A stretch of 64,000 bases of DNA from a virus (taxonomy: Duplodnaviria > Caudoviricetes), in IMG/VR virus record IMGVR_UViG_3300028591_000148, positions 1 to 64,000 of that record; one strand, written 5' to 3'. The first letter of the stretch is position 1. Every line of letters begins with the position of its first letter. Both the position numbers and the translations under genes were made by a program. The notes below the pieces were generated by a model. The model did not search any database. It was given only the letters and a program-made list of their open reading frames with translations, and had not been told where the DNA came from. Positions 10,991 to 23,182 of the stretch are shown piece by piece.

Positions 10991-11033
10991 GATATACCTC
11001 CTCTAGTTGTCACACATCTTTCTTACTATATAT

Positions 11034-11136
11034 AGTATAACATATTTATGTAAAAAAGTCAATACTTTTTGACGAAATAGGCATAAAAAATATTCACAAA
11101 TATATAACAATAAAATAGTCATATATTTGTGAATGA
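11034..11136 (-). promoter_or_regulatory. terminator + promoter cassette
   Basis: TTGACT(11062-11057)-17-TATACT(11039-11034); hairpin ATTCACAAATATAT/ATATATTTGTGAAT. Confidence 0.85.
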
Positions 11137-11888
11137 TTACTAACCTTTAGATTCTATTAAATGACTCATTAGTCATCAATGACTGGTTCAAACTTATTTT
11201 TTTTACATTTCATCTGTTAGTTTAATATAATCCCAGGTATGCCAATCTGCTTGTCCAGCAGCGTACCAATTAGCTTCACACCTTTTAAGGTTCTCCTTTG
11301 CAAGGTTCAGATTATATTCGGCTCTCATTAGTTGCAATTTAAGGGCACGATACATCGAAAGTTCATAACTATTACTTTCAATGATATGTTTAATTTTAGA
11401 ACATATTTCATCACGTTTTTCTTCCCAGGTTTCTGTGATATCTTCACTTAAATAATTATTATCGATTGTAAAATCAAGTTTTAGATATTCATCATAAAGT
11501 TCTTTTTCTTTACGCGTCATTTCAAATTTATGACTAGAAATAGTTGATTTACCCATGTTATCTTCCTTTCACACTGGTTCGGAACATTGCTTTTCATAAT
11601 TTTCAAATTCTTCTTCTATTTCTTCTTCTGATCTAGCATAGCAAGGTATGTAACTTTCCAAAAACCGATCCCAAGGATTTACATAATTATTTATTGTATC
11701 GACGGCATCATTAAATGCTTGGGTAGTTGTCATACAACTACAACCTTCAAGAAGATTTACATACTCTTTAACGAATTCTTCCTCGGTTAGATTTATTTTA
11801 ATAGGCGAACAACTAACTGTTGAAAATAGCATCAAAAGATTATTAGGCTGTCTTATAGCAATAAGAGCCATTTAATCACTTCCTTTCA

Positions 11889-12200
11889 TTATACAGGGTT
11901 ATCTTCCTTCGATACCGGAAAATAACCTTCTAATTTATATTTTGGTTCGTATTTTTCTCTCGTGTATCCCTCACCCTGGCAGATATCACATTCCACATTT
12001 TTAAAACCAGGTTCGTAGACACCACAACTATCCGGAAGACCCTCCGGATAAGCATTATATTCTACAACCGTATATCCTAAACCGTTACATTTTGGACATT
12101 CATATATTCTACCATCTGCAACAATTTTCAATATATCAGATAATGTTGCTTTGTCACCGTAATCGTTTATCAGTCTTATCACATCACAGGTTTTTAACAT
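11889..12200 (-). CDS. DnaJ-type zinc-finger (CxxCxGxG x2) protein
   Basis: CPKCNGLG and CDICQGEG motifs. Confidence 0.7.
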   Translation of the reverse strand: MLKTCDVIRLINDYGDKATLSDILKIVADGRIYECPKCNGLGYTVVEYNAYPEGLPDSCGVYEPGFKNVECDICQGEGYTREKYEPKYKLEGYFPVSKEDNPV

Positions 12201-13077
12201 AGTTTCAATTCTCCTTTACTAGTTATTCTTTTATGAAACCACTTTTTAATTAGTGAGTTTCATTTGTTTCCTTCTAATACGATATTAATCCTTATAGATG
12301 TGGCTTGTGAATCTGCAAACAACCGTTTGCATATACATTCTCAACTTGATCAGAATTTGCAACAACAAGTCCTCGGTTAAGTTTCTCACCTTCATAGTGG
12401 AAGTTGTCGATGAAGTAGAGATACAACTTACTGGGAATCGTTTCTCCGTTCTGAAGTATTGCCTCACAATCATAGATCCCCTCCTCACGGGGGAAGGGAT
12501 CTATCCAACAGAGATCAAAGCCATTCTTATCCGCAAGAATTCCATGAAGATATACGAATGGCGTGATATTGGTTGTAACGAATCCTGGATTATTGTCTGG
12601 GTGATCCGCTTGAGACAACCCATAGACTTTAATCATACAACAACACTCCTTATCATCATATCCATGTGAATGTCTCATCATCATCTAACATGGCTATCGA
12701 TCTCGCAATACAAGCTGACGTGACGAAGATTGCAAACACGATTAGCAACGCCAGAGCAAATGTCATTTCATCGGATTCTGCCGAGCATGCCCAATACCAC
12801 AAAAGAGGATGGACGATTAGTGATACAACAATCGTGATTATTAGCGGAATTAAACCGCTTCTAATCCGGAGATTATGCCATCCGATATATTCTTCACCTT
12901 CACAACCGCAAGCATCACATTGATACTCCTCATAATGTCTATCCCACTTGATGCTGTTAAGTATCATCCGTGTATGTATGGTTGTTCCTGTACGATGCAT
13001 TGCGAATTGACATTCTGGACACAGATGAACTTGTGTGTCATCTGTGTCCATATATGTGATCCCATGTTTTGTCACTT

Positions 13078-14946
13078 TCATGACAATCCCTCCAATAGTA
13101 CAATCTTGGAAACAACGTTCGCAAGGAATGACTTGTAAGTGCAATTTGTATTCTTTAATGTGTCAAAATATACCTTTGATTCATCAGAACCTGATCTCAA
13201 CTGAATCAATGGGCGTGAGAATGTCCCGGAACCAGATGATTTATGATCAATCATCCGTACATATACATCTTGAGTTGCGGTATAAAATTTAATCTCGATT
13301 CCGGGAAGATTATCGTCAATTTTGTGGAGTCCGAATATGACAGTGAAGCAGTCATCATAGTCAAGTGTAACATACTCCATGAAATGTTTCTCGAATTCAT
13401 ATGCAGCAGTCTTGAACCGAGACTCTGCGAGAGTACACCACACGGAAGAATATATCGACCTGTATACATCTTTATGCCAATCAATTTTAAGTTGGTTGAG
13501 AATCTGATCCGTCAGATAATCTTTTGTCGTGTACATCAGACTTCCTGACTCAACGAATTTCTTGAGCTTCTTATCAACTAAAGAATTGATATGCGCTTCC
13601 ATGTCGAGAATTGTATTGGGTTTGTTGTTCTTGTTGATGTTCTCATTACTGATGACATTATCCGGGTCAATAGCATATGCTGTCATTCCGTCATCAGTAA
13701 AGAAGCATGGTCCACAGTGTTTCAATTCTGTATATTGCGTGCATTTTGCTGTCGTATATGCTCTGAGTTTATCCATACCGAGTCTATCTTTCAATACCTC
13801 AGCAAGACACGCAATAAGGTACTTGTTTAACACATCATCAATTCCATTTTGTTCATATTGCACGATATAAACACAAGTGGATTTATCAGCCAATCCAAGA
13901 TCGTCGATTGTGATAATGTGTTCCTTTCCCAGAGATATCATAATAGTCTTCATGTATGGTGTATATGAAACCTCGAGCTTTAAAGATTTTGATGAAATGT
14001 TATTAGATTTTATAGCGTCAACCGAATATACCTGATGCGGTTTGTCACGTCTTATGTTGCCTACTTCTCTTATATTCCGGAGCCAGTCAACAACAACCTG
14101 AAATACTTCGTCACAACCAATCGTCTTGTCTTCCTTGAGTCTATTAATAGCACCGATTTCTTCTTTGACAAAGTGATTACCACTATCAGTCGTTACAACA
14201 TATTCGAGCTCTCTGGCGATGCGTTTGGCGATACTCACGCATTCTTTCATTGTGATGATGTTGCCCGTGAGCTTCCCAAGGTGTTCACCATCAAGTTTGA
14301 CTTCATGCCGGAATGGATAAATCCGGATTGGCGTGCAGCACGATTCGCCGAAATTAAACCGAACCCAGACATCGTTACTGTGAACGCATTCCTTGTAGAA
14401 GTGCCGGAGAACATCAACACTGAGAGCATTCCACATATATGGCGCTTTCTTAATCACAAATTGTGTGTAGTCATTTCTTGGAATCACGTCACGCTGAACA
14501 AATTCCCCGGCACGCGTATCCATCAACTCATTCGTGTATGCATTGATTATGGCAACAACATGTTCGAATGCCTGTCTGTTTTCCAGTTCCGTAAGTTCAA
14601 CAGCATAATCACAGAACTTTTGAATGTTGCTCTTTATCGTTGTGAATATGAAGGAATTAATTTCATCACCATAGATACGGTAATTTCTGGCACCATCAAT
14701 TGCAATATTTGCGTCCTTGTCGGAAACTGCTGAATGGAACACAAAATTGTATTCCGGACAATCATCCGCTGGATTGATAATTCTCAACCAATAATCTATA
14801 TTATGATGATTATCGGGGTTAACAAAATTGATATCGCGGCGGACCAGATCATCTTCTTTCATGATATATGGACTGTGTTCCCATTCTTCATCACGGAATA
14901 TCTCCGTTAGAATCTTAAAGATTCTGCTTCGGTCCATCGGAATCAT
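13078..14946 (-). CDS. large hypothetical protein (622 aa)
   Basis: Long uninterrupted ORF; no motif recognised. Confidence 0.8.
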   Translation of the reverse strand: MIPMDRSRIFKILTEIFRDEEWEHSPYIMKEDDLVRRDINFVNPDNHHNIDYWLRIINPADDCPEYNFVFHSAVSDKDANIAIDGARNYRIYGDEINSFIFTTIKSNIQKFCDYAVELTELENRQAFEHVVAIINAYTNELMDTRAGEFVQRDVIPRNDYTQFVIKKAPYMWNALSVDVLRHFYKECVHSNDVWVRFNFGESCCTPIRIYPFRHEVKLDGEHLGKLTGNIITMKECVSIAKRIARELEYVVTTDSGNHFVKEEIGAINRLKEDKTIGCDEVFQVVVDWLRNIREVGNIRRDKPHQVYSVDAIKSNNISSKSLKLEVSYTPYMKTIMISLGKEHIITIDDLGLADKSTCVYIVQYEQNGIDDVLNKYLIACLAEVLKDRLGMDKLRAYTTAKCTQYTELKHCGPCFFTDDGMTAYAIDPDNVISNENINKNNKPNTILDMEAHINSLVDKKLKKFVESGSLMYTTKDYLTDQILNQLKIDWHKDVYRSIYSSVWCTLAESRFKTAAYEFEKHFMEYVTLDYDDCFTVIFGLHKIDDNLPGIEIKFYTATQDVYVRMIDHKSSGSGTFSRPLIQLRSGSDESKVYFDTLKNTNCTYKSFLANVVSKIVLLEGLS

Positions 14947-15566
14947 AAATATTCATCCTCGCTTTCATCAATAACGTCGACAGCATCGGTCATGTCATCG
15001 TCGTCTTCTTCTGTTTTCGGAATAACCGTCAGATTGAATTTTTCAACTTGTTTAACGGTATCAATGAACAGTTTGTGAAATTCCTCATCCGATATTTCTT
15101 CACAGTATTCATCGAGGAACCGTATGAATCTCTCATACGACGATGTTGCATCTCTGTAGAAAGTCGGAGGTACTGACACAGAATACTCGTGATAATCAAT
15201 ATGTTTCGTTCCTGTTAGCGGTTGACCAACAGTCAGTGATAAAACTGGAACATGTTCCAGTAGAATCATATCATTCTCGTTGACATATCCAATTATCATG
15301 AATGCGATACTTCCCCGCATAAACCTACACAATTTGTCCGGTTTCATCCGATAATATTTACCACGAAGATCGTTGATATAACGTTTGTGAAAACTCTCCA
15401 GTGTCTTTATACATGAGAGCTCCTTCTTGTGAAGTGGATCAAATATCTGCTCAGAAACCTCTTTCATCTTTTCGCGCTCGATCTTTTCAATAGAGTCGAT
15501 CTCTTCCTGCAAATGCTTAAGCATTTCAATAGGTGTCATCATTATTCCTCCTTCATGTTCGTTCAT
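14943..15566 (-). CDS. hypothetical protein, acidic C-terminus
   Basis: ORF track; RBS GGAGG. Confidence 0.7.
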   Translation of the reverse strand: MNEHEGGIMMTPIEMLKHLQEEIDSIEKIEREKMKEVSEQIFDPLHKKELSCIKTLESFHKRYINDLRGKYYRMKPDKLCRFMRGSIAFMIIGYVNENDMILLEHVPVLSLTVGQPLTGTKHIDYHEYSVSVPPTFYRDATSSYERFIRFLDEYCEEISDEEFHKLFIDTVKQVEKFNLTVIPKTEEDDDDMTDAVDVIDESEDEYL

Positions 15567-15586
15567 TATTGTTACCTCCTCATTAT

Positions 15587-16048
15587 TTAATCATCTATCA
15601 GCGAAATGAACGCAATAACTATAATCCATATAGAACCGAGAGTTCCACAAACCGTTGCCAGGACAGACTCCCAATTATTTAATATACTTCGTCCTTTTTC
15701 ATCAATAGTCACATCCCAGAATTGTGTAAATATAACCGTGAGAATTATGAGTATGATCGGTCCACCCCAAATTTTCAGAAATTGTGGCCATGAAAAATGG
15801 AGTTTCGATGTCGATGCCCCGAATACCGCTCCACATGATTTGCATGTATAGCCTTCTCCTCTGCCATGTCTTTTTATTACACCGAGCGTGTGTTTGATTT
15901 CATGTGGGCCGGTGTAAATCGGGTCAAGTCCATCAAATTTAATATTTTCACTGGCGCAGTACGGGCACAGATATACGAGCCGTTCCGAATACTCTTCTTT
16001 ATTCGTCTTCGGTGGTTGGATTATTCGGATCTTCACCTTATTGCTCAT
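15587..16048 (-). CDS. zinc-ribbon + two-TM membrane protein
   Basis: CPYC...CKSC followed by two hydrophobic segments; same architecture as 12656..13144. Confidence 0.7.
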   Translation of the reverse strand: MSNKVKIRIIQPPKTNKEEYSERLVYLCPYCASENIKFDGLDPIYTGPHEIKHTLGVIKRHGRGEGYTCKSCGAVFGASTSKLHFSWPQFLKIWGGPIILIILTVIFTQFWDVTIDEKGRSILNNWESVLATVCGTLGSIWIIVIAFISLIDD

Positions 16049-16810
16049 AATCAGTTACCTCCTTCCTACTCAACTTGATATATTTTGTTATGTATGGTTT
16101 GAACACATATCGGCAGGTGCCGTATAATCATACTTTGACACATCCGATATACTACCAACGTGTGGTGCATATGCCGATCCAAGAATTAGCTTCCCAATCG
16201 GAATATCCATAATCTCGTCAAGATTGTGGTCATTGGTTACATCAATATTTTTTGTCACTTTCATATCAAACGGATTGTCAATCCGAGTGGCATGAATATT
16301 AATGGTTATCTGAAAACTTTTCATTACGAGTCCTCCTCAATCAGTCATAACCTCTTTCAGTTTTTTGTTTGCTTCTTCATGAACTCGACGTCGTTGTTCG
16401 GCAAACCATTCGTCTTCAGAAACTTCGACAATATATTCTGGTAGTTTTAATCCATCGTCTCTGAAATTCTGAGGCGATATACTGATCAAACCTTTTCTCG
16501 GCATTCCATCAGATCCCATTATTTTAGCCGGAACACACCTTTCATCAAATGTGCATCCATTAATCATCATCCAATGCTCTTGTGGAACATCAGTGATAAT
16601 GAACCAATCCGTATGGTTTTCTGTCTTACGAAAATATCTTCCAATGTAAGGTCGGAACAATTCCTGTACCAGTTTATAAAGGTTTATATTTATATCACTA
16701 ATCTGACGCTGTAAATTATCGATGTCTTCTTGCAACTTATTTTTTGACTTAATAAGATCCCGAATATTCTTAAACTCCTCATTAGACATTGTCAGTACCT
16801 CCTTCATTAT

Positions 16811-16993
16811 TTATTGCTTTTGTAACATTACAGATCTTGTCACTGTCCACAGTGTCTCCATGTCATAGTCGTTCTCTTCATATCTGCAAATCAATGTATA
16901 TCTGTCGTGCCAGTCGTCTTTTCCTTTGTATATTCACATTGCTGGGCTGTCAGATCCACAAAACAGACGGTTACGCAATTTTAGTTCAGTCAT
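16811..16993 (-). pseudogene. degenerate Lar-like (restriction alleviation) gene with in-frame TGA
   Basis: Manual translation MTELKLRNRLFCGSDSPAM*IYKGKDDWHDRY...; resembles ELKPCPFCG starts. Confidence 0.45.
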
Positions 16994-17100
16994 TTTCAGC
17001 ACCTCCGTCCTCGCATCCTTTTCCGTGCGATTTGCAGCCTTTTACATCATCCCAGTCAGGACAGTTATCGCACTGATTGAAGTCATCCGTGAACCATGAT

Positions 17101-17406
17101 TCATTCTGCATTGTTATCCCTTCTTTTGTCGTCAACATTCGTGTTAGTTGCATCCATTCGTGAGCCACAGTCAGGACAAAACGTCGTCAGAGTATCTTCT
17201 TCGCCGTTGTGTTCGTGACCACAGTTCGAACACTCCCATTTGTCCCACACAGGGACACCATTGGCATAACTGTCATACTCTGTCTGAACCCACCGACCGT
17301 GCAGCAATTCCGACTCAATAGTTGCATCGTGATTCAACCATTCTTCAAAAACTGCTATTTCTTCATCCGTAAGGCTTCTTACAGAATCATTCTTAATCAT
17401 AGACAC
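17101..17406 (-). CDS. zinc-ribbon protein (HGRW...CSxCG...CPxCGxxM family)
   Basis: Motifs; C-terminal domain nearly identical to that of 23769..24113. Confidence 0.75.
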   Translation of the reverse strand: MSMIKNDSVRSLTDEEIAVFEEWLNHDATIESELLHGRWVQTEYDSYANGVPVWDKWECSNCGHEHNGEEDTLTTFCPDCGSRMDATNTNVDDKRRDNNAE

Positions 17407-17632
17407 TTCCGGCTAGATTATGTGCTGTTTCAATGCTTCTGGAGTATCTACGGCGTTTCTACACAAAGTGAGAAAATCTTCTTTGATTTGTCCCTTGTAA
17501 CGCTCTGCTATATCAGGAAGTTCATGCGTGTATGCTGGACGCCCAATAAATTTCGACAGATAGCGGTATAAATAACCGAGGTCGTCACCTCGCAGCATTG
17601 ATATACCTGTGTATGCCGAAATGATAGCACAT

Positions 17633-17992
17633 TCATCCTTGGTCATTATCAGCACCTTCCTCTCTCATGTCCGCACCACAGAACGGGCAGTAATCAGAAA
17701 GGATTTCTTTTCCTTCTTCATTTAAGTATGTTTTATTCTTGCATTCTGAACAGTAATGATATGCGGTCGGATTCCCGTGTGCCATCCACACCTCTTCATC
17801 GCCGTCGCATGCATCAAACGCAGAAACAGCAATCCACCTCCCGCGCCGAACGGGTTTGGCTTCGATTTCAGGCATCAATGCGGCTGCAAATCCTACTGTG
17901 AGATTGCACTGATTGTATAGATATTCGTCTATAATCTTTGCCATATCGGATTCAGCAAGCGCATTCGCGTCAATCAATCTTACTTCTGCCAT
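17633..17992 (-). CDS. zinc-ribbon protein (RLIDANAL...GRW...CSEC...CPFCGADM)
   Basis: Motifs typical of temperate-phage small genes. Confidence 0.75.
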   Translation of the reverse strand: MAEVRLIDANALAESDMAKIIDEYLYNQCNLTVGFAAALMPEIEAKPVRRGRWIAVSAFDACDGDEEVWMAHGNPTAYHYCSECKNKTYLNEEGKEILSDYCPFCGADMREEGADNDQG

Positions 17993-18002
17993 ATTTATTA
18001 CC

Positions 18003-19590
18003 TCACAATTCAGATTTTACACTATATTGGGCAATTATTTTTTTAGCTTCGTCGTATTCCTCACGACTTACAATGTATGGAACATACCCAAAACCACCTT
18101 CATTATTAATGTCGTTATACTCTTTCATTCTGCGTCGTGCTTCTTCCCTTGTTGGGATGTCTTTCTGTGCTTCAGCTTTTACTATTGTTTCATTAGCTGC
18201 TTTGATTTTCTTTTCGATTTCTTCTGCTTGCTTTAATGTTCTAATTTCTTCGGCTTCCGGATCGCTACCCTCTTCAAGAACAGTCTTAAGGAAAGCTTCA
18301 ATCTCTGTTGCACGTTCATCTGTAAACGCAATCTGTTTAATACCCCAGATCTTTTTGATTCCAGACTTTACATCAATAATACGCCAGAAGTTTACATCCC
18401 GACAACTGTCAAACTTCTTACTGTCGATATAGGCAGTAAGCATTGCACGTTTGATAATTTCACGTTCACCGGTATTACAAATGTCCCCATCAAGGTTGAC
18501 GATCTTATCCTGCACGAACTCTTTATATTCTGCCTCCAATGTTACTGTCCTACCATCTGTAAGTTTCCATTCGTAACGCTTCATAATATTTACCTCCATT
18601 ATGAATCATATAACGACATTATTTACTATAATGTCCTACTTCACAATCCTTGAAGAAACGAAATAGAATTTTCAGAAATTCCAGGCATCACATATTCCTT
18701 TTTATAATTTCTTGCCAGAATTTCAATATCTGGATCGTTATCCTCAGAATAGAGAACCTTTCTAATAACATATCTTTTGATATTATACTCTTTGGCAAAT
18801 TGTTCGGCTTCTTCTTTAGAAGTAAAACAGGTAGGTGTACCCAAAGAAGGATTTACACTAATCATTTTCTGAACTTTAAGAAAATCACTGTAGGAGGACC
18901 ATGTGAGACCCATAAAGTTATCGACTGTGCTATTAGCATCCCAGGACAACAGGTAAAGTCTGGATTTAGAAAAATCATTACTCAAAACATATTTAATGGT
19001 AGTACACATAGTCATGCCCTCCTATTTAGTTTGTGTTCTTCTTAATATCCTTATATTTAAAAACTCGTGTTCCACAAGCTGGACAAAACTTTACAAAAAT
19101 ATTTTCAACAAGCTCACGACACCAATTTGCGCCACAATATGGACATCTTACAAACTCAGCAGAAAATGATTCTTCCCAGATTCTTACATCTTTATTATCA
19201 GTGTTCTTCATATGAATATCTCCTCTCTTAACCCAATTCGACCCAGATTCCTTTTTTCTCCTCTTCACCGAAAATATCATTATTTCGACGAAGCATACCC
19301 GTATAAATGGTTTTCCAACCCATAAGGTTACATAGGTGTAAGAAATCAATTGTAATTGTGGTTTTACCGGTGTAGCAGAATTTCTTAACTCCAGAAGTGT
19401 TAAGAGTTATAAGAAACTGTTTTGTGTCGTCCTCATTATAAGGTGGATCCGAAACTTCAAATTCTTCGGCACCCAGTCGAATGGACTCCTTATAATTTTT
19501 CACAGCGACATATTCACCTACATGGGATTTGATATATTTTCTGTCATCGAGTTTCTTATCCAGTTCTTCCAGATATTCAATATTTTTCAT
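18003..19590 (-). other. hypothetical ORFs (18003..18599, 18641..19015, Zn-ribbon 19026..~19211, 19228..19590)
   Basis: ORF track; RBSs. Confidence 0.65.
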
Positions 19591-19642
19591 TTTATAACCC
19601 TCCTATAGTACATATTTTGTAACTGTTCCATTTACTATATAT

Positions 19643-19737
19643 AGTATAACATATTTTAATGAAAATGTCAAGTGATTCCTAGAAAAAAGATAATAAAATA
19701 TCTCACAATGTTTACCGTAAAACATTATGAGATTTTT
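19643..19737 (-). promoter_or_regulatory. terminator + promoter cassette (near-copy of 22234-22327)
   Basis: TTGACA(19671-19666)-17-TATACT(19648-19643); hairpin ATCTCACAATGTTT/AAACATTATGAGAT. Confidence 0.85.
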
Positions 19738-19768
19738 GTATATATTGTATAGCACTATCTTTATAGTT

Positions 19769-22191
19769 TTATTTGGGTTCCTTACAATTAGTTTCTTTTG
19801 ATTCCTTATAAATTTCTTCACATCTATCCTTAATATAAGTCAGGGCACTGTCAATGTTAAAGTTATTAATTTTCTGAAATGGATTATAACATACGATCAG
19901 AAGACTTCCAGAATCATCTCTTTGTAAAGTGTACTTATAGGATTCTGTTATGTTCAAGTCTGTTAGTCTATGATAAATGTATACCACGACCGAATCGAGA
20001 ACTTTTCCGTCCGAATCTTCTCCCTTTTTGATTGAGGACTTTAACCAAATATGTTTTCCCCATCTTTTGCCATTAGCATCGTGTTCGAGTCTTTTTAAGT
20101 CTTTGAATAACAAATCAAGATCTGTATTTTCATCCTGTGATGTTTTCTTTATAAGATCCTGGTATGTTTCTCTTGGAACAATAACATGAGTTTCTTTTAA
20201 TCTTTCAACATATTCTACAAGATCATCATATTTGTGTTTAAGTGTTTTTACCTCATCAATAGTTGTGGACCAACACCATACTTTTTCAATTCCAATAGCT
20301 TTACAGATATCCATTCTATATTGTTCCATAGTATTCATTAATGAATGTGTTTCTTTCGGGGCATAAAAGATTCCATATTCTTCTCGAAGAATAGTGATAA
20401 GTTCATCAATCTTCTGAGGAGATACTAAAGACTCAATGGGATGCTCAGCATCATAGTAAAAATCTAACATTTCTAGAATTTCTTCACATCTTTTATCTTT
20501 TTCCTTATAGTTTCTCATATATTTATCCTCCTTTATTTTCTAATTAAGGGTTTGTAATTAACTTTCGACAAAATCATATTCTACAATAGTGAAATTATAT
20601 TGTGGTTTATAACATTCACCTATGCAACTTATATCATAATCTGGACAAGCCATACAGGAGGAATACCTTACGTTAAGACAAAAATCATCTTTACTCGTTA
20701 TGTCATAAACATTCATGTTCTTCTGGATAGAAACTATATTGGCAAGCTCTTTAATCTTTTGAATTGCTAATTCTTTAGTTGCAAAGATACCCTCATCGAA
20801 TAAAATTTTCTCGTGATCCGTTCTTTCTAAAACTTCCATCTTAATAACATAACATTTCTTCATTTATGTATCCCCCTTAATTCTCGTATCCAAAAATAAC
20901 AAGCCTTTCCTTCTTTTCTCGAACACCCTTATCATTCGTAAGGATAATATCTTCGACACTGACATCCATATCATCATCAACCCGTCCCAGGACGCCACCT
21001 TCAAGAAGTGTAGAAACACTGACAGCCACTTCCATATTCGGGTCAATGTTGTTTAGGATATGGATCAATTCTTTTACTGTCATTTTATTCTCCTCCTATA
21101 TCATTCCCAAACAACTTTCTTTGTCGCACAATTTTCGTAGAATTCAGGAAAGGAAACAGTTTCATCATACTCAACATTTCCAAGATCAAATTTACAGCCA
21201 CAGACAGGACACTCACATTTTGTGAACTCATTAATTTCGGATTCATTGGAAATCCATGTTTTTACAGTGACATCTGCCTGATGAAACCATTTATTGCAAT
21301 CAGGACACTGAATTGCCAAATGTCTTACAGGACAAGATTCAAATTCTACTTTAAGTTGTACTTTCTTAGACATAATTTTATCCTCCTTATATGTAAGTTA
21401 TTTTTTATTCATCAAAGACGGTGATTTGAAATGTCATAAGTTGATCGGCATATGTGTGACCGTCTTTAACCCATTTATAAGCATCTTGTTCGGTACTATT
21501 AATGTAATTATTCTTTCCATCAACACTCTGAAAATAATTATCAGTTAAAGATTCTTTCATGATAACTTTTGCAAGACTTATAGCACTATCTATATTTGTA
21601 TAAGCACCACGAATTCTTTTAATATTCCAACTTTCAGTCTCATATTCTGAAACAACATAAATTCTTGCCATGATATATCACCCTTCTAATTATTTTCATA
21701 TCCATCATTAAGACTGTAACTTTTCTAGTGACTATGACTTCTTAAGAACAATGTGCCAGACCAATTCTTCATTAGCCTTATTTTCAAGTACCTCAAAGTC
21801 ATCATAACGATGATCAAACTTAAATTTAGCAACATAGTTTTTGTCGTAGGTAAATATATCCCCTTCAAAACGAATATATACAAAAGTATAAGGTGTAAGA
21901 TTTTTAATAAATTCCTTGAATGTCATATTATTAGACCTCCAAAATAATTTTTTAATTACTATCGAGTTCTTAAAAATAACACCGTATAAGACTTTAAACA
22001 TCTCTATACATATTAACACAACAATATTTCTCATTGAAACCACGAATAGAAAATGTAGAATAGTCCATTTCCGTTACTCGAACAAACTCTGTAGGATTTT
22101 CATCATTTGTAGAGGAAACAAGGGTATAATCGTCAAACTCTTCCGGGATTTTGTTAATGAATTCTTTAAGCTCTTTAATAGTCATAATCAT
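19769..22191 (-). other. operon of about seven small hypothetical ORFs
   Basis: ORF track; RBSs; bounded by two cassettes. Confidence 0.65.
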
Positions 22192-22233
22192 TACCTCATA
22201 TAATCAGTCAGTACACGGTTTATCTTACATAAT

Positions 22234-22327
22234 AGTATAACATATTTATATGAAAAAGTCAAGAGGTTTCCGGAAAAAGATAATAGAAAAATCTCACAAT
22301 GTTTATAATAAAACATTATGAGATTTT
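22234..22327 (-). promoter_or_regulatory. terminator + promoter cassette
   Basis: TTGACT(22262-22257)-17-TATACT(22239-22234); same hairpin as at 19.7 kb. Confidence 0.85.
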
Positions 22328-22407
22328 AGTTATTTTGTATATGACTGGGAATTCTTATTGTAAAATTTTTCTAGTCCTATATGTTGCTATTTGATCTTCT
22401 TATTTGG

Positions 22408-22498
22408 TCATCTAAAAACGAAATGATTATAACAACTATAATCCATATAGAACAGAAGTTCCACAACAAGGTGTCAGGAATTACTCCCAATTATTCAA
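22408..22498 (-). pseudogene. degenerate copy of the 3' end of ORF 15587..16048
   Basis: ACTATAATCCATATAGAAC..AGTTCCACAA..CAGGA..ACTCCCAATTATT matches 15591-15682. Confidence 0.65.
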
Positions 22499-22863
22499 TT
22501 TTCTGGAGGTTTAGGTAATGGCATCCAGTGCGTGACAGTCTCAACAGCAGTCCAGGTTGTTCCTGTCCAACCGAGTGTATCCGGATCACGACAATCCTGT
22601 CGGAATCCCCATTTGTTCTCTTCATTTGAATCAAACGTGCATTTGAAAACATCTTCTTGCTCTGTGAAAACAAGATATTCACCGTCCTGTTCCGGCAGCA
22701 GTCTGACACACGGGATCCAATGGACGGCAGGAGTATTTATTATGAATTTTCTTGCTTGCCGTAAACCTCTATCAAACTCTTCTCTCCCACCCAAGCTATT
22801 TCCAAGACAACAATCAATGTAGGCAAGTACTGCATTTCGTTCAATTAAATCATCCATTATCAA
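22495..22863 (-). CDS. DUF551-like protein
   Basis: WIPCVRLLPE...VTHWMPLPKPP motif. Confidence 0.75.
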   Translation of the reverse strand: MIMDDLIERNAVLAYIDCCLGNSLGGREEFDRGLRQARKFIINTPAVHWIPCVRLLPEQDGEYLVFTEQEDVFKCTFDSNEENKWGFRQDCRDPDTLGWTGTTWTAVETVTHWMPLPKPPEN

Positions 22864-23182
22864 AACCTCCTTAATTATATTTTTTTATATATTAAAATAA
22901 TGAGTTATAGTTTCTGTGTGAGAAATCCCATAACGATATTGAATATAATTAACAAAATCACTCACTGAAATGCTACCAAACAACATCTCATCATTTGGAT
23001 ATTTAGATAAATAATCTTCCTCATATTTATCTTCAATAATTTTCATAATTTCTTCACATGATTTGTCCACATTAGCACAAAGAATAACACTTAAATCTAA
23101 ACTATCTAAATAATCAAATTCTTGTGAACCTAAAGGATCATGTTGAATTAACCACTGTCTATAATCCTCAAATTTAGCCAAA

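Noticed and set aside
14035-14733. 232-aa plus-strand ORF and the other plus-strand ORFs in the track
   Set aside because: Antisense shadows of minus-strand genes, without convincing RBS, promoter or motifs.
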